Assembly (NCBI GenBank): GCA_048772705.1
Contig: JBLWGC010000213.1
Location: forward strand, 248,001-312,000
DNA from: Leidyana gryllorum EB-2025a
Lineage: Eukaryota > Protista > Apicomplexa
DNA length: 64,000 bases
Direction: 5' to 3'
The notes below the pieces were generated by a model. That model did not search any database. It was not told the origin of the DNA and was given only the letters and a program-made list of their open reading frames with translations. Each line of letters begins with the position of its first letter. Within the stretch, counting starts at the first letter, position 1. The position numbers were made by a program, and so were the translations under genes. This document shows positions 1-11,224 of the stretch, one piece after another.

Positions 1-553
1 TCGCCTCTCTCTCGTACTTCTCGATGGTACGAGCGTCCACTTGGCCGGTGCTGAAGAGGATGTTACCACAGGTGGTACTCTTTCCGGCATCGACGTGACC
101 AATGAACACCACATTCATGTGGGGTCTCTCATCGGGTTCCTTCAGACCCTTTTTGAGCAGCTTGGCGACAGCCTCTTCAGTGAAAGTCACGTCAGCTTCG
201 TCCTCGTCAACCCCTCCCGCAGTGACCACGTCACCCAAATTCTCACGCACGGCACTGCCCCGTCGCTGTTGACCGGCTGGTGCGGCCGCAGCCTGAGTTT
301 GAGCCGCAGGTGCAGCACTCGCAGACTCCTCCTGCGCCTCTTCGACCTCTGCTTTGTCAGTGACCTCCTCCTCCTCCTCCTCGTCGCTCAGAGCATCAAA
401 GGTGTCCTCCTCCTTGTTGGGGACCTCCTCGTCCTGCTGCTCGACAACAACATCCTCGGTATCACAGACACGGGCGTCGGAACCACCAGGTAACTCATTC
501 TGGTCTGTTTCTGTGTGTTCCCCAGTGGGGGGGACGTACTGTTCCTCCTCCAT
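1..553 (-). CDS. eRF3: Eukaryotic peptide chain release factor 3 (eRF3/Sup35 GTPase), 5' part; runs off the window start
   Basis: Minus-strand reading from ATG 553 gives an acidic N-terminal extension, then [44 protein letters not shown] (G1 motif of eRF3/eEF1A type). Absent from the ORF track because it has no stop in the window. Confidence 0.88.
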   Translation of the reverse strand, partial: MEEEQYVPPTGEHTETDQNELPGGSDARVCDTEDVVVEQQDEEVPNKEEDTFDALSDEEEEEEVTDKAEVEEAQEESASAAPAAQTQAAAAPAGQQRRGSAVRENLGDVVTAGGVDEDEADVTFTEEAVAKLLKKGLKEPDERPHMNVVFIGHVDAGKSTTCGNILFSTGQVDARTIEKYEREA

Positions 554-596
554 GGTGTTATTTGGGCGAGGTAAAAAAAAGAGTGATTTTGAGCGG

Positions 597-2478
597 TCAT
601 CGCCTAACAGTGCTGCGTTTCTTAATCTTCTGCTTCTTGATGTGCTTCTTCATCTTATTCTGACGTTTCTCCCTATTGGCTGCTTTCACCTGTCGTTTCC
701 ATTCTTTGGGGTCAACACCTTCGGGGATGTTTCCATCAAATTTCACTCCCTCTTCCTCGTCCACTACACTCTCGTCTGCTGCCGGCCGCCCAGACGACGT
801 CGTCGCATCACTAACGCTCTGACTACTACAAGAATCATCCCCGTCGTCTGCTGGTAGCAACTCAGTGAACCTAGTCTTTTCTCCTCTTTGCTGAGCAGCT
901 ATCTCCCGTTCCAAAGCTTTCATGTCCGGAATCTGCGCGCGAGAATATTTCAATGCGGATAAGGGAGCTGTACTCAATCATTCTACTCACCTCATGCAGA
1001 CTTGCAGCGGGAATGGTGCCAAAGAACTCTGGCTGTGGCTCCAGCGCACTCGTGTGCTCGCGCTCACTTGTGGTATTGATCACATAATTCAGAGTCCGAG
1101 AACACTCCCGGCCGAACCATCGACGCCGTAATCGGAGTTCGTCCAAACTCAATTGTTTGCCGCCCGCGAAGACGGGTTTTATCACTTCCACTTCGCCAAT
1201 ATCTTCAATACTCTCCTTAGCGGCCGTGACTGTGATTTCGCTCTTCTTTTGCATCATGGGGGCCGTGCCTCTCAAACGCTGACCCTCGAATAGCGCTCGC
1301 CACTGACTTTCTTGGAAAGGCAAATCAAAGTCAGGCCACTCGGCGACGGTCTCTTCAGTCGCCAAAGTGTCAATCTTTTGGGTTACAAAGGTGTACATCT
1401 CCTCCACAGTGAGCAGATCTTTGAAGCTTACGTCCAGCTGCTCCTTCAGCAGTCCTTCGTTTAGTTTGAAAGCGTCTTCCTCGGCAACAGAAACAGTCTG
1501 TGGGCGTATTATGGGCATCAACGAGGCCTCGTGATTGTACTGCACATTGAACCCGTCGTCAGCCTCCACCACTTCGCCCCCCTCGCCCTCGCCTTCGCCC
1601 TCCTCATCGTCGTCGTGATTGCCGACGACGAGTTGATCCGCCGCCGCCACCGCAGTTAAACCGTCGTCGTCCTGACTGCGTAATATTCGGGACCGGAAGA
1701 AGCGCGTGAGGTTCAGACAATCGCGTTTCAAGAAGATCTGTGAGTGACAATGATCACTCTCCATACTCTGAGATACATCGATGAGATAGAGATGGCCTCG
1801 GTGGAAAAGAATGTTATATTCACTCAGATCGCCGTGTATCAGTTTGCACGACTGGAGGAGCACTCGCGTCATTGTGAGCGCTTCAATGTACAGTCGTTTC
1901 CACAGAATCATATCGCGGAAGGCACAATCCTTCAGGCGGGGAGCCACTTGATCGATATCGGAGCCGACGAGGGTCATTAGCAGTACGTGGCTACGGAGTT
2001 CTATGGGAATAGGGGCCCGAATGCCGGACACATTGAGTCTCCGGAGGTTTCGAAACTCCTTCTCTGCCCATTGTTGGACCATTTTCCGGGGATTCGAAGC
2101 TCCAACGAAGCCTCTGCGGAACCGGAAATCGCCCTCAACGTATTGATGACGGTTTTTGAAGACCAGAATGGACGTTTTGAATATCTTAATGGCCCGATAA
2201 TAATCGGTACTTTCATTATCGCCCTCAAACTTCAAACGCACAGAGGAAGCGTATACATTGGCTTCCTTTCCAGTACTTATACAGCCATATAAGGTAGTGT
2301 AGAATCCAGCACGTTTGAATTTGGCCAGATATCCTGTCGTCCGAGGATCCAATACTCCGTCAACGGTCGCCCTCGTATCACGCGTCAGACCTCTCTTCCG
2401 GTGCGTCTGCTGCTTCTGAACAGCTCGCTCCGCCTGGTTCGCCACCGTGTGACGCCCATGAGCGCCCTCTAATTCCAT
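597..2478 (-). CDS. RIO1: RIO1 atypical protein kinase (40S maturation), one intron (933-990)
   Basis: Motifs [55 protein letters not shown] and the C-terminal [32 protein letters not shown] intron joins the 871..2643 and 597..977 frames. Start could be ATG 2478 or 2505. Confidence 0.93.
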
Positions 2479-2503
2479 CTTGGAGGAAAAATTTTTGTTG
2501 CTC

Positions 2504-3361
2504 ATGGTACCTCCCAGCCAGCTCTTGGTGGGAGTGCCGCCACTAGAATGGTTGAGTACAGTCAAGTACAAATGGCTCGAAATGGGTCGATACATTCGCA
2601 CAGTCCGTTGTCTCTCCAAGTTGGCCGTTGAGGCAGAGATCAACGGCTTATTGATATATCACCGGTGGCGAGCCACTCTCCATCTCAAAGCCTCTCCTCC
2701 CAGCACTGATCACGTGAACCCCTGTCTTGAGCGGCCCGCCAAAGTCGATCTGTCTCTAATTCAGGAGCGAGCCAAGGACCTTCAGGTCGGGTGTGCGTGT
2801 CTACTGATAGGAGCCAAGACAAGTGATGAACGGAGGCTGGTGATCGACATGGCAAGATGCGGCATTGCTGCATACCAAATAATCAGTGCTCATGAAGGAG
2901 GCGGCCCAGCCCTCTCTGAAGGTGCTCTGGAACGGAAAATACGTGCGAACATTAGAGCAGACGGTGCCCGGTGGGCCGCAGCTGTGGAGAAGTATGAGTA
3001 CGAAGTTCTGGTCGCAATAGGGTTCATGACGTTGACGGTCTGCGACCAGCCTCAACGGTACCTATTGCCCTTAACCCAAGTACTTCTTGGAGACAGTGAT
3101 CGGTCACAGGTTGTCCTCCAGAAAGCTTTCACATTGCTCAATGATAGTGGCGTTTTGCCTCTTGCTGGTGTAGTATGTTGTGCCTTCGATTTGTGTCTGA
3201 TTGCTTTGGAAAGGGTTGTTGCTCACGAGCTGCACTTGGAGAAGTTCGACTCCTTCGCAGCTCTCCTATCCTCAGCAGCCGACCACTCGACCGAAGGGTC
3301 TGTCCTACATTCACAGCTTGGAACTATTCTGGACAATATATTACGAAGAAAAGATTTGTGA
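2504..3361 (+). CDS. Divergent cyclin L/K/T-type (transcriptional) cyclin
   Basis: GLLIYHRW, ACLLIGAKTSDERR, YEYEVLVAIGF..DQPQRYLL and QKAFTLLNDS match cyclin L motifs (GQVLFHRF, ACINLASKIEE, ERRVLKELGF..HPH, AWNYMNDS). Confidence 0.65.
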   Translation: MVPPSQLLVGVPPLEWLSTVKYKWLEMGRYIRTVRCLSKLAVEAEINGLLIYHRWRATLHLKASPPSTDHVNPCLERPAKVDLSLIQERAKDLQVGCACLLIGAKTSDERRLVIDMARCGIAAYQIISAHEGGGPALSEGALERKIRANIRADGARWAAAVEKYEYEVLVAIGFMTLTVCDQPQRYLLPLTQVLLGDSDRSQVVLQKAFTLLNDSGVLPLAGVVCCAFDLCLIALERVVAHELHLEKFDSFAALLSSAADHSTEGSVLHSQLGTILDNILRRKDL

Positions 3362-3367
3362 TAGACA

Positions 3368-4900
3368 ATGGCCACGTTTGCGGTACTCGGACTACAGTGG
3401 GGGGACGAAGGAAAAGGAAAAGTTGTCGATGCTGTCGCAGCCAAAGCCAAACTCTGCGGCCGGTATAACGGTATGTTCCTTGGCACTGGAAACGCCCACA
3501 CACGCGACAAACACTTCAGGAGGAGCCAATGCGGGCCACACCCTAAAGATCAATGGTCAAAAGTTGGCCCTCCATCTGCTTCCGTGTGGTGTCATGAGTC
3601 CAACAGTCACTAACCTAATCGGGTCTGGAGTTGTCCTCCACCTTCAGACACTGGCCAAAGAATTGGACCAGTTGGCCACCGTGGTGGCTGAGACCACCGC
3701 CGTCGTGGATCGCAGGATAGCTATTTCCTCACGATGCCATCTCACTTTCGACTTCCACCGTATGGCGGATGCCGTTAACGAAACCCGTTTGGCCGATCAA
3801 TCAATTGGGACCACTTTGCGAGGTATCGGTCCATCGTATGGGACTAAGGTATGCAGTCGGCAGCCAATCACCGATCGATACTCAATAAAAACATTGATAG
3901 GCGTTCCGACTATCGCTAAGAGCGTGTGATCTGTTACTGCCATTTGAGCAGTTCCGCTCCAAGTACGAGGCGCTGGGCCGCTTTGTGCAGCAAGCTTTCG
4001 GTCTAACCGACTGGGAGCCGACTCAAGAGCTCGCTGTCTTGGAGCCATTAGTTAGGCGATTCGCTCCACTGGTCACGGATGCCGCCTTATTACTCAAGCA
4101 AACACTGGACAAGAGTGGTCCCCGAAGTTTCAGCCCCTCGACTTCTTTGCTCAAACACGACTGGACCGTTGTCGTTGAAGGAGCCAACGCAGTGATGCTC
4201 GACCTGAGTAAGCGGGGTGCTGTTCATCGGGACTTTGATATCTATATCTCCCCAACACAGACTGCGGGACGTACCCCTATGTGACGAGTTCTGATGTAAT
4301 GATCGGAGGGGTCAACGGCGGGCTCCCCCTGAATCCCAGAAAAATAGACTACGTGCTCGGAGTCACCAAGGCATACTGCACCCGGGTGGGCGAAGGTCCC
4401 TTTCCTACGGAACTGAATGGTAGGTGGCGTGATCGAACGTTCATTCGAGTTTTATGCCCTCAGACGAGACTGGTGTGTTCCTGCGCGACCATGGGCGCGA
4501 GTATGGAGCGAGCACTGGTCGACCGCGTCGGTGCGGATGGCTGGATGTTGCTCAACTGCGATACGCGCTGTGGCTCTCTGGTTGCGACTCGGTTATGATG
4601 ACGAAGCTCGATGTCTTGTCGGGGTTGCCCCAAGTCAAAGTTGCCACAGGATATCGTGACGCCGACGGGCAGAAAGTACCAGACGGACTCTTCCCAGCTT
4701 CTCTCGACGAACTGGGTTCTTACACTTGCGAGTATGAGGTCTTTGAGGGGTGGACGGAGCCGTTAGATCAGCTGAGGGAGTACGAGGCCCTACCGAAGCA
4801 AGCACGAGTCTTATTGGAACGCCTCGAGACTCTTATGGGCGTCCCGATCAGGCTCATCGGTGTCAGCCCTGACCGAACTGCCATCATTGAGAAAAAGTGA
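3368..4900 (+). CDS. ADSS: Adenylosuccinate synthetase, 4 short introns
   Basis: [77 protein letters not shown]; canonical GT-AG introns join the frames. Confidence 0.97.
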
Positions 4901-4916
4901 CCACCTGCCCGCTTGA

Positions 4917-7894
4917 CTAGGGTACATCAGGACCTTCACGTTCCTCTCCATCTTCTGGTGGAGTGGGCTCCTCGCTGATCAATTCATCATCACTATTAGC
5001 AACCAAGTTGGACGAAATTGACTTCTTTTGACTGAGCAACGACTGGTCATCGTCCATTCCATAATCTTCCTCTTCGGCACCGCTCAGGGCATCCGGCATA
5101 TCTGGCGAGTGAGCCAAGCCCAAACCACCGCTACCTCTTCGTTGACGCTTTTCACCTTTACCAGATCTTCCGGGCGTCGGCACGGGTTCCCCCACACGAC
5201 GTTTAGGCCCGTAGCCGAATAGCTGGGGCGGCGGGGTTGGAACTTCGGAGTGCTGCAACTGCGAGTCGTCGTCTTCCTCTTCTATCTCGCCCTCTTCGGC
5301 CTCCAGCTCGGCGTCCAGGCCTTCCGACGGGGGTGAAGGGCACAGGGCGGCCTCGCTGGTCAGCGGCGAAGGCTCCACTACGGCCGGCGAGTCCTCCCGT
5401 GTAGTGCCAACTTTGTGGCCCAGTTGACGCTTCTTCTTGGGGATGGCGGTTGTGCTTCCGCTACTCTGTCCCGCCACAGTTTCGTTCACTGCACCGTACT
5501 TCTCTAGTTTCGCTCTTAGCATAATGTCATTTACGGGCAACGGTTGTCCCTCGGCTGCGATCGATCGATAGCACACACGTTTCTACCAAGCGAAACCTTA
5601 CCCAGAGTTAGCAGCTTCCGCCCCATGTCGCCATCCACCTCAACAGAACCTGCGATAACCCCCGAGCTAACGTTCGTCACCAGCACGTTCTTTATCAGCG
5701 AGTAGAACTCATCAGTTCGTATCCCGGCCTCTTCACAAAACTCCTGCTCCTGGAATGAGCATGAGTGAGCTGGAGGCCAAGGTTGACTCACCAGTCCGCT
5801 TGGGCTGTCCTCATCACTAGCTTCGATGGGTCTGATGTCGTCCATGGTACTTGCGCCACTGTGCGTTGAATCTTTGCCCCGTCGGTCGTCCTTGTGAGAC
5901 TTTTCGGTGTGGGTATACGGCTCTCCTCTTTCCAGCACTTCATCCAGTGTCTTCATGCCGGCTTGATGCCAAGCCGTCAGAAGATTCAACCTCTCAGACA
6001 GAGCTCTCTCCTCCAGAACCAGATGAATGAACTCCTCGAGTTCGTGATCTGTCAGTGCAGGTGGGGCTGGTTTTATCTTTCGATCCGAATTAAACAAAGG
6101 AGGCACAGAATCAGAATGAGTGCTCTGTGTATGTTTCCACATAGGACTCAAAAGCTGATGCAACTTCTTCTCCTCAGGTGTACGCAGTCGATCATGTTGA
6201 TCCTGCCACTTCTTATCAAACAGCCGTTTCTCAATCATCAGCTTCTTTCGCCTCATTCGCTCATCCAGAACGCAATTATAATACTCCAGGATCTTCAATT
6301 TTGCTTCCTTTTCCATGGGAGATTCATCTTCTGTGTGTGAGGAAAAAGGTGGAATTGGTGGTTGAGAGCAAGTCTCAAGATTTACCTCTTATATCCATAT
6401 CTGCGATAGCAAACTCAGCATTGTTCTCCCATTCCTGCTCGAAATCTCCTCGAAAGGGCAGAAATCCCAGGATGTGTGACTTTGGAGGGAGCGCTGGAGG
6501 TTCCAAGACCAAGCAGTCTTTGAGATGAATCTTGTCAGGTTCTACGGGGTCATCCATATCCATCCCTGCGGGTCTTAACCGACTGACAGCAGAATGGACT
6601 GGAGATGCGCCCGGATCGGTGGGCGCTCCCTCGCCTTTGTTGGACGGGAGTGACGAAGCTGCTGCAGCCGGGTCCTCTTCAGTGCAAGCACTGATCTGCG
6701 TCAGGAACTGCCGCCATTGGGTATAGGCGGGTGCTCGCAGGAGCGATGAGAATGGCTGCACAGAGAGGTGATTACGCGGGGAGGAAAGAGGTTACTCACA
6801 TGGAGACTACTCGAGGAAGTGGCCGACGGATCAGAGTTCTTGGCCAGGAGGTGAAAATCAAAATAGCGTTTCTCGCAAGCCTCTTTGTCCTTTATGGGTG
6901 CCGACGCCGCGGTACCAGAAGCCACAAACTCTGATACGTCGTGCCAATTACCGAACCCGAACTTCCCAACGGCGTCAAGTAGTAAGAGCTCTTCGTCAGC
7001 CGTCCACTCTGCAAAAAGAGGATAAGGCAGCGTATAGACTCCACGAAGGTCCCAAACCCCCCATGATGACGAAAAGGCAACACACTTACGAGGATGGAAC
7101 AACGGGAACTGGTTAGGCCCGATCGGAATATAGTAATGGGAGCGAAGGTGGCCTTGAACTTCGATGCCCGCACAGAAGCAGCTTTCGCATAGATCGAAGT
7201 CATCACATTCCGCACACCGGATGCGGAAGGATTGTATTTTCATAGCCTTCTTGCACCCGTTACAGTGAAAGGCGGTGGTGGGAGTACTGGTGGTTGTTTG
7301 CTCGGGCCGAGACTCAACTATTTGAGCTCCTTTCCCTGACCCTCGCCGTTCTGCAGGAGGGTCGGATTGCGCAGGTTTTGGCATGTTTTCGTCCCCGAAG
7401 CTCTCTCTGAGCCATTGTGTGGCAACTCGGGCTGCTCGAGCGGCAAGAAGGGGGTCCACAGGCTCAGCGCATCGAAGCACACGAGTGATTATCTCGACTA
7501 GGGTGTCAGGGTCATTGGGAAAGGTGAAAGCTTCTGGGTGTGAAGGCGTACTGAGGGCCAGCTTTGCGGTTAATACAGAGTGTGAGCGGTTCCGCTGATT
7601 GTCAGGGAAGCTGTGAAAGGCTGAGAATGCCCTGTGGTCAACAATGGCGTTTGGTTTGGTTCCCGGTTTGGAGACAAAGGGGGGGGATTGTTTATCGAGG
7701 AGAGCGTTAGTCTTGAGCATAGAATAGACGCAAGCCAGGGCTTCTTCGGCCAATAAAGCCACGAAAGCCTGGCGGGTTTGCCCAGTGCGCGGCTGGAGCG
7801 CCCCGATATTGGAGGACTCCACATTGGGATGGGCGTTAGGGAAGGGGGGATATTGATGATAAGCCAAATCCCACAGGCCCCCCTGAGCATACAT
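4917..7894 (-). CDS. ADA2: Transcriptional adaptor ADA2 (ZZ zinc finger + SANT), multi-exon
   Basis: ZZ finger CNGC..RIRCAECDDFDLCESCF..H..H; SANT WTADEELLLLDAVGKFGFGNWHDVS; GFLPFRGDFEQEWENNAE; KLKILEYYNCVLDERMRRK. Start 7894 assumed from the open frame (alternative 7384). Confidence 0.88.
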
Positions 7895-7914
7895 AATGTG
7901 TTCAAAAAAGCGTC

Positions 7915-8409
7915 ATGTTCGCGCGGGACGGTGGGAGGATTTTCCTTTTGAAGGGTGCAGGAACACACACTTGTACAATGGTGCTGACTACTCTGCGATC
8001 ATTCTCGACCTGGTACGCTCGCTCGAATCAAACGCCCCCTCTCGTGGATGGGTTGTGCCCGTATGCAGTATTGGGGATCAAGAAGAGTGCGAGTAGGGAT
8101 GAGGCCCGGCAGGCTTATCACCGTTTGGCTTGGGAGTGGCATCCCGATCGCCGGCCCCCGGACGGACGGTCTCAAGCTGAGGCTAAGCTGAGTTTGGTGA
8201 TTCGAGCTTACACCTGCATTCGAACACGGCCGCCCTCGTTTCCTTCCAGGCGCTGGCGTCCCGGTGGACCGCCCCCCTCTGCGGGAATGGCTGCGAGTCG
8301 TCCAGCTCCCCCGACATCGCCCTCCTCGAACCACCATCAACTGCTCTCTCGTAATGAGACGGATGCCATTTTTCGTGCCACGTTGGGAGAAGACGCGCCT
8401 CCCTTCTGA
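7915..8409 (+). CDS. Small J-domain (DnaJ type III) protein, possibly mitochondrial
   Basis: CPYAVLGI..ARQAYHRLAWEWHPDR J-domain with HPD; N-terminal R/S/T-rich segment (LRSFST) resembles a presequence. Confidence 0.8.
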   Translation: MFARDGGRIFLLKGAGTHTCTMVLTTLRSFSTWYARSNQTPPLVDGLCPYAVLGIKKSASRDEARQAYHRLAWEWHPDRRPPDGRSQAEAKLSLVIRAYTCIRTRPPSFPSRRWRPGGPPPSAGMAASRPAPPTSPSSNHHQLLSRNETDAIFRATLGEDAPPF

Positions 8410-8499
8410 CTTATGCTGCCCTCCATCGCTCAGTGCGGTGCGATAGTTGCTGTCATCGGCCTTTTGATTTATATCACGATAGGCTGCAAATTTGTCCTC

Positions 8500-8670
8500 T
8501 GAATGAATGAATGAATGATGATGATCGGCCCGACGCGATGCAGTCAGTGCGCTCGCTCGCTGGCTCGCTCGATCGGGACCCCGGGGGTTCGGTTCGTCTG
8601 GTGACTCTCTCTCTCTCTCTCTCACTGTGACTGAGCTCGTTCACCTTGATGATGGATGGATGGATGGTTG
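8500..8670. repeat. Cluster of short microsatellites: (GAAT)n, (GAT)n, (CGCT)n, (CT)n, (GATG)n
   Basis: Directly visible in the longest intergenic gap of the window (8410-8848). Confidence 0.85.
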
Positions 8671-8848
8671 ATACAGTGTTCTCTATATGTGGTGTTGTTG
8701 ACTAATTGGTCCAAGAGAATCATTCCGTGGGTGGGTATCTCTTTCAAACTCTCTCTTTATCAACGCTAGTGATGGGGCCGGCCGACTACATGTTGGAGCC
8801 CCCTACATTTCAAAAACCGAAAAATAAGTTGATGTTACATTGAGGAAT

Positions 8849-10432
8849 ATGATTCCCCGCACGAGACCCGAGCGCGCCCGCACCTCCTTTCTCCCTACTC
8901 TCCTCCCTATCGCTCCTTTTACCCAACGTTTTGGTGTCGCGGACTATGCTGCTGAGGTATCGCCCCAGACTCCTTCCCTGAGTCTGGCTGTCGCCCGCGC
9001 TGCTGCCGAGAGGGGGGGGCACAACACCCAGAAGCTGCACACGTGGTTCAGTGCTTCGAGTATGCTGTCTCAACAAGAGACCGGGGATAAACGTAACTCT
9101 TCTTCACTCAACTCCCACGCGACTCCGTTCGTGGGCGTCGCGTGGGATGAAGCGCGACGCAACGCGGCGGCTATGCAGCTTCGAGCTGCCGAAGAGGAAT
9201 CGCTGAGTAAACCCAAACCGTCCGGTATCGACGTGGCGGACAGACACCCCAATCTCATCTCACCTCCGGGGGGGAGGACCGCCGCGGGAACTCTGGCGGC
9301 TCCCGGGAAGAAGGTATGGAGTCCTGAGTGGGTATCCGAACACCGAAGGGATTTTGTGGAGTCTCAAGGGTCTCTTAAATTTGCCTACCGGCCCGCGACA
9401 GTGATGAGGGCTGTGTTTTCACTCCTCGAGATGGATTCACGCCTCCTCCCGCCCGTTGGGGATCAACGCAGTGTCTGTGAGGACCAACTCTTCCTCCTCC
9501 AGAGTTACATAGAGAGCTGTGAGTGGGACCAGGACACCCCTCCAGAGACGCCGGCGGAGCCCGAAATCTACTATTTGACCGAACATCACGTTCTGAATAG
9601 CGCAGATTTTGCCAACTACCCAAACGACACTCCCCCCTTGACCATCAAGACTCAAGCGCCTCGGGTCACTCTGGTAGCCACCAGCGACTCCCTCGTGCTC
9701 ACAGCCGCAAAGGATTCAGACTGTGGGGCTTTCACCTTAACAGCAGAGAGACTGCAGGAGCTCTTAGCTGCGTGGGCCGAGTCTCAGATAAAGGTGGCGA
9801 CCAATGATCAGACCTTCGAGCAGATGCAGCGAACTTTACACAGCCTCTCAGCCGCTGCAGACCCAAATATTGCATTGCTCCCAAACTGCGACGATGTCCA
9901 CTTGCAGGGCGACTCCGAGTACGAGGACGCTCTCAGAGCCCTCTTGATGCATAAGTGGTGCTTTGAGGCCTGCGCTAAAGTTAGGGGGGGCCCACAGACA
10001 AACTCAACCCCATTCGTTCCTCCACTCCTAATCGCTCCCGATGTTCGAGCGAACTTACTCGAGAACGCGCTGCTCAAGTCGTGCTCCCGAGGCCTCTCAC
10101 GCTTCGCTTTCAGCAAACTCGGCCGCCAAGTCTCCTCCTACCTCGCTAACTACAGTGACGAGGCGGCAGACAGACGAACTCGAGTGACAGCCAACAAGTC
10201 ACACACTTCCGGAACCGCCGATGGCGACGATAACAACACAAGTAGTGATGAAGAGCAAAACGAATCACACACATCAAACACGGGAGTCTTCGTAGCTGGC
10301 CAACTCTGTGAGAGAGGCCCTGCAAACGAGCCAGCCAGCACAAGAGACTCTTGTGTCGAGTTCCTTGACTACTTTTTGCTTCGCCCACTACTGGAGACGA
10401 GACAGCCAAACCAAAAGGCTGCATCATTGTAA
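8849..10432 (+). CDS. Hypothetical protein (~527 aa, single exon)
   Basis: Long open frame filling the space between the J-protein and ASF1; no motif recognised. Confidence 0.7.
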   Translation: MIPRTRPERARTSFLPTLLPIAPFTQRFGVADYAAEVSPQTPSLSLAVARAAAERGGHNTQKLHTWFSASSMLSQQETGDKRNSSSLNSHATPFVGVAWDEARRNAAAMQLRAAEEESLSKPKPSGIDVADRHPNLISPPGGRTAAGTLAAPGKKVWSPEWVSEHRRDFVESQGSLKFAYRPATVMRAVFSLLEMDSRLLPPVGDQRSVCEDQLFLLQSYIESCEWDQDTPPETPAEPEIYYLTEHHVLNSADFANYPNDTPPLTIKTQAPRVTLVATSDSLVLTAAKDSDCGAFTLTAERLQELLAAWAESQIKVATNDQTFEQMQRTLHSLSAAADPNIALLPNCDDVHLQGDSEYEDALRALLMHKWCFEACAKVRGGPQTNSTPFVPPLLIAPDVRANLLENALLKSCSRGLSRFAFSKLGRQVSSYLANYSDEAADRRTRVTANKSHTSGTADGDDNNTSSDEEQNESHTSNTGVFVAGQLCERGPANEPASTRDSCVEFLDYFLLRPLLETRQPNQKAASL

Positions 10433-10469
10433 TTATCAGTCGAACAAATTCTTGTTCCTTTTGGTGTGA

Positions 10470-11141
10470 ATGTCTTTTGTCACTGTGACGAATGTTTGCG
10501 TTAGAAACCCGAACCCAGCGCCCTTAACTGCTGACTTTGCTTTCGAGGTGACATTCAGCTGCCTGCACGATCTGACTGCGCCACTACAATGGCGATTAAT
10601 ATATGTGGGAAGCGCTAATGACAAGTCCAAGGACCAAGAGCTCGAATCTGTCGAACTCGGTCCCATCCGCCGAGGCTGTCTCAAGTTTACTTTTGAAGCA
10701 GAAGCTCCGGACTTTAAGAAAATAGACCCGGAGGACGTTTGGGGAACAACAGTCATTCTCCTTGAGGGCTCTTATTGCAATCAGGTACCGCCACAAGCTA
10801 CCTATCATCGATCTTCACGCAAACACACTTTCAGGACTTCATCCGGATCGGATGGTATGTGCACAACGTCTATCAGGATGCCACCATGCAAGATGACCCT
10901 CCTGAGGTTCCTCAGTTGGACAAGATGCTGCGCTACATTGTGGATGGTACGCACTCGTTGGTTGTGTGTGCTCGCGTGTGTGCTAATCTACTATTCTTCT
11001 TCAGAGCCACGAGTCACCCGTTTCATTATAAATTGGACCCCCAATGGGGCGCCACCCGTCACAACGTGTGCGATGGCAAATGAGGTCGCCCAGGAGCACC
11101 ATCAGCAACCGGCACCTGGTAGTAACCCTAACGTTGCCTAA
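10470..11141 (+). CDS. ASF1: Histone chaperone ASF1, introns 10785-10834 and 10947-11004
   Basis: MSFVTVTNV..NPNPAP..FEVTFSC..LQWRLIYVGSA..DQELESVELGP; spliced QDFIRIGWYV; EPRVTRFIINW. Confidence 0.96.
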   Translation: MSFVTVTNVCVRNPNPAPLTADFAFEVTFSCLHDLTAPLQWRLIYVGSANDKSKDQELESVELGPIRRGCLKFTFEAEAPDFKKIDPEDVWGTTVILLEGSYCNQVPPQATYHRSSRKHTFRTSSGSDGMCTTSIRMPPCKMTLLRFLSWTRCCATLWMVRTRWLCVLACVLIYYSSSEPRVTRFIINWTPNGAPPVTTCAMANEVAQEHHQQPAPGSNPNVA

Positions 11142-11224
11142 GTGAAAAAGAGGATACAACATCTAAACGGGGATGTTTGTCAAGTTCTTCGTCTAGTTAG
11201 CTTTCAAATACATTTTTCTACATT

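Noticed and set aside
41-857. Plus-strand ORFs 41..493 and 354..857
   Set aside because: Antisense shadows of eRF3 and the RIO1 C-terminus.
2503-2506. RIO1 and cyclin L sharing one CATG palindrome as both start codons
   Set aside because: Possible, but RIO1 has a second in-frame ATG at 2478 that gives the 25-nt spacer seen in other divergent pairs; cannot be decided from sequence.
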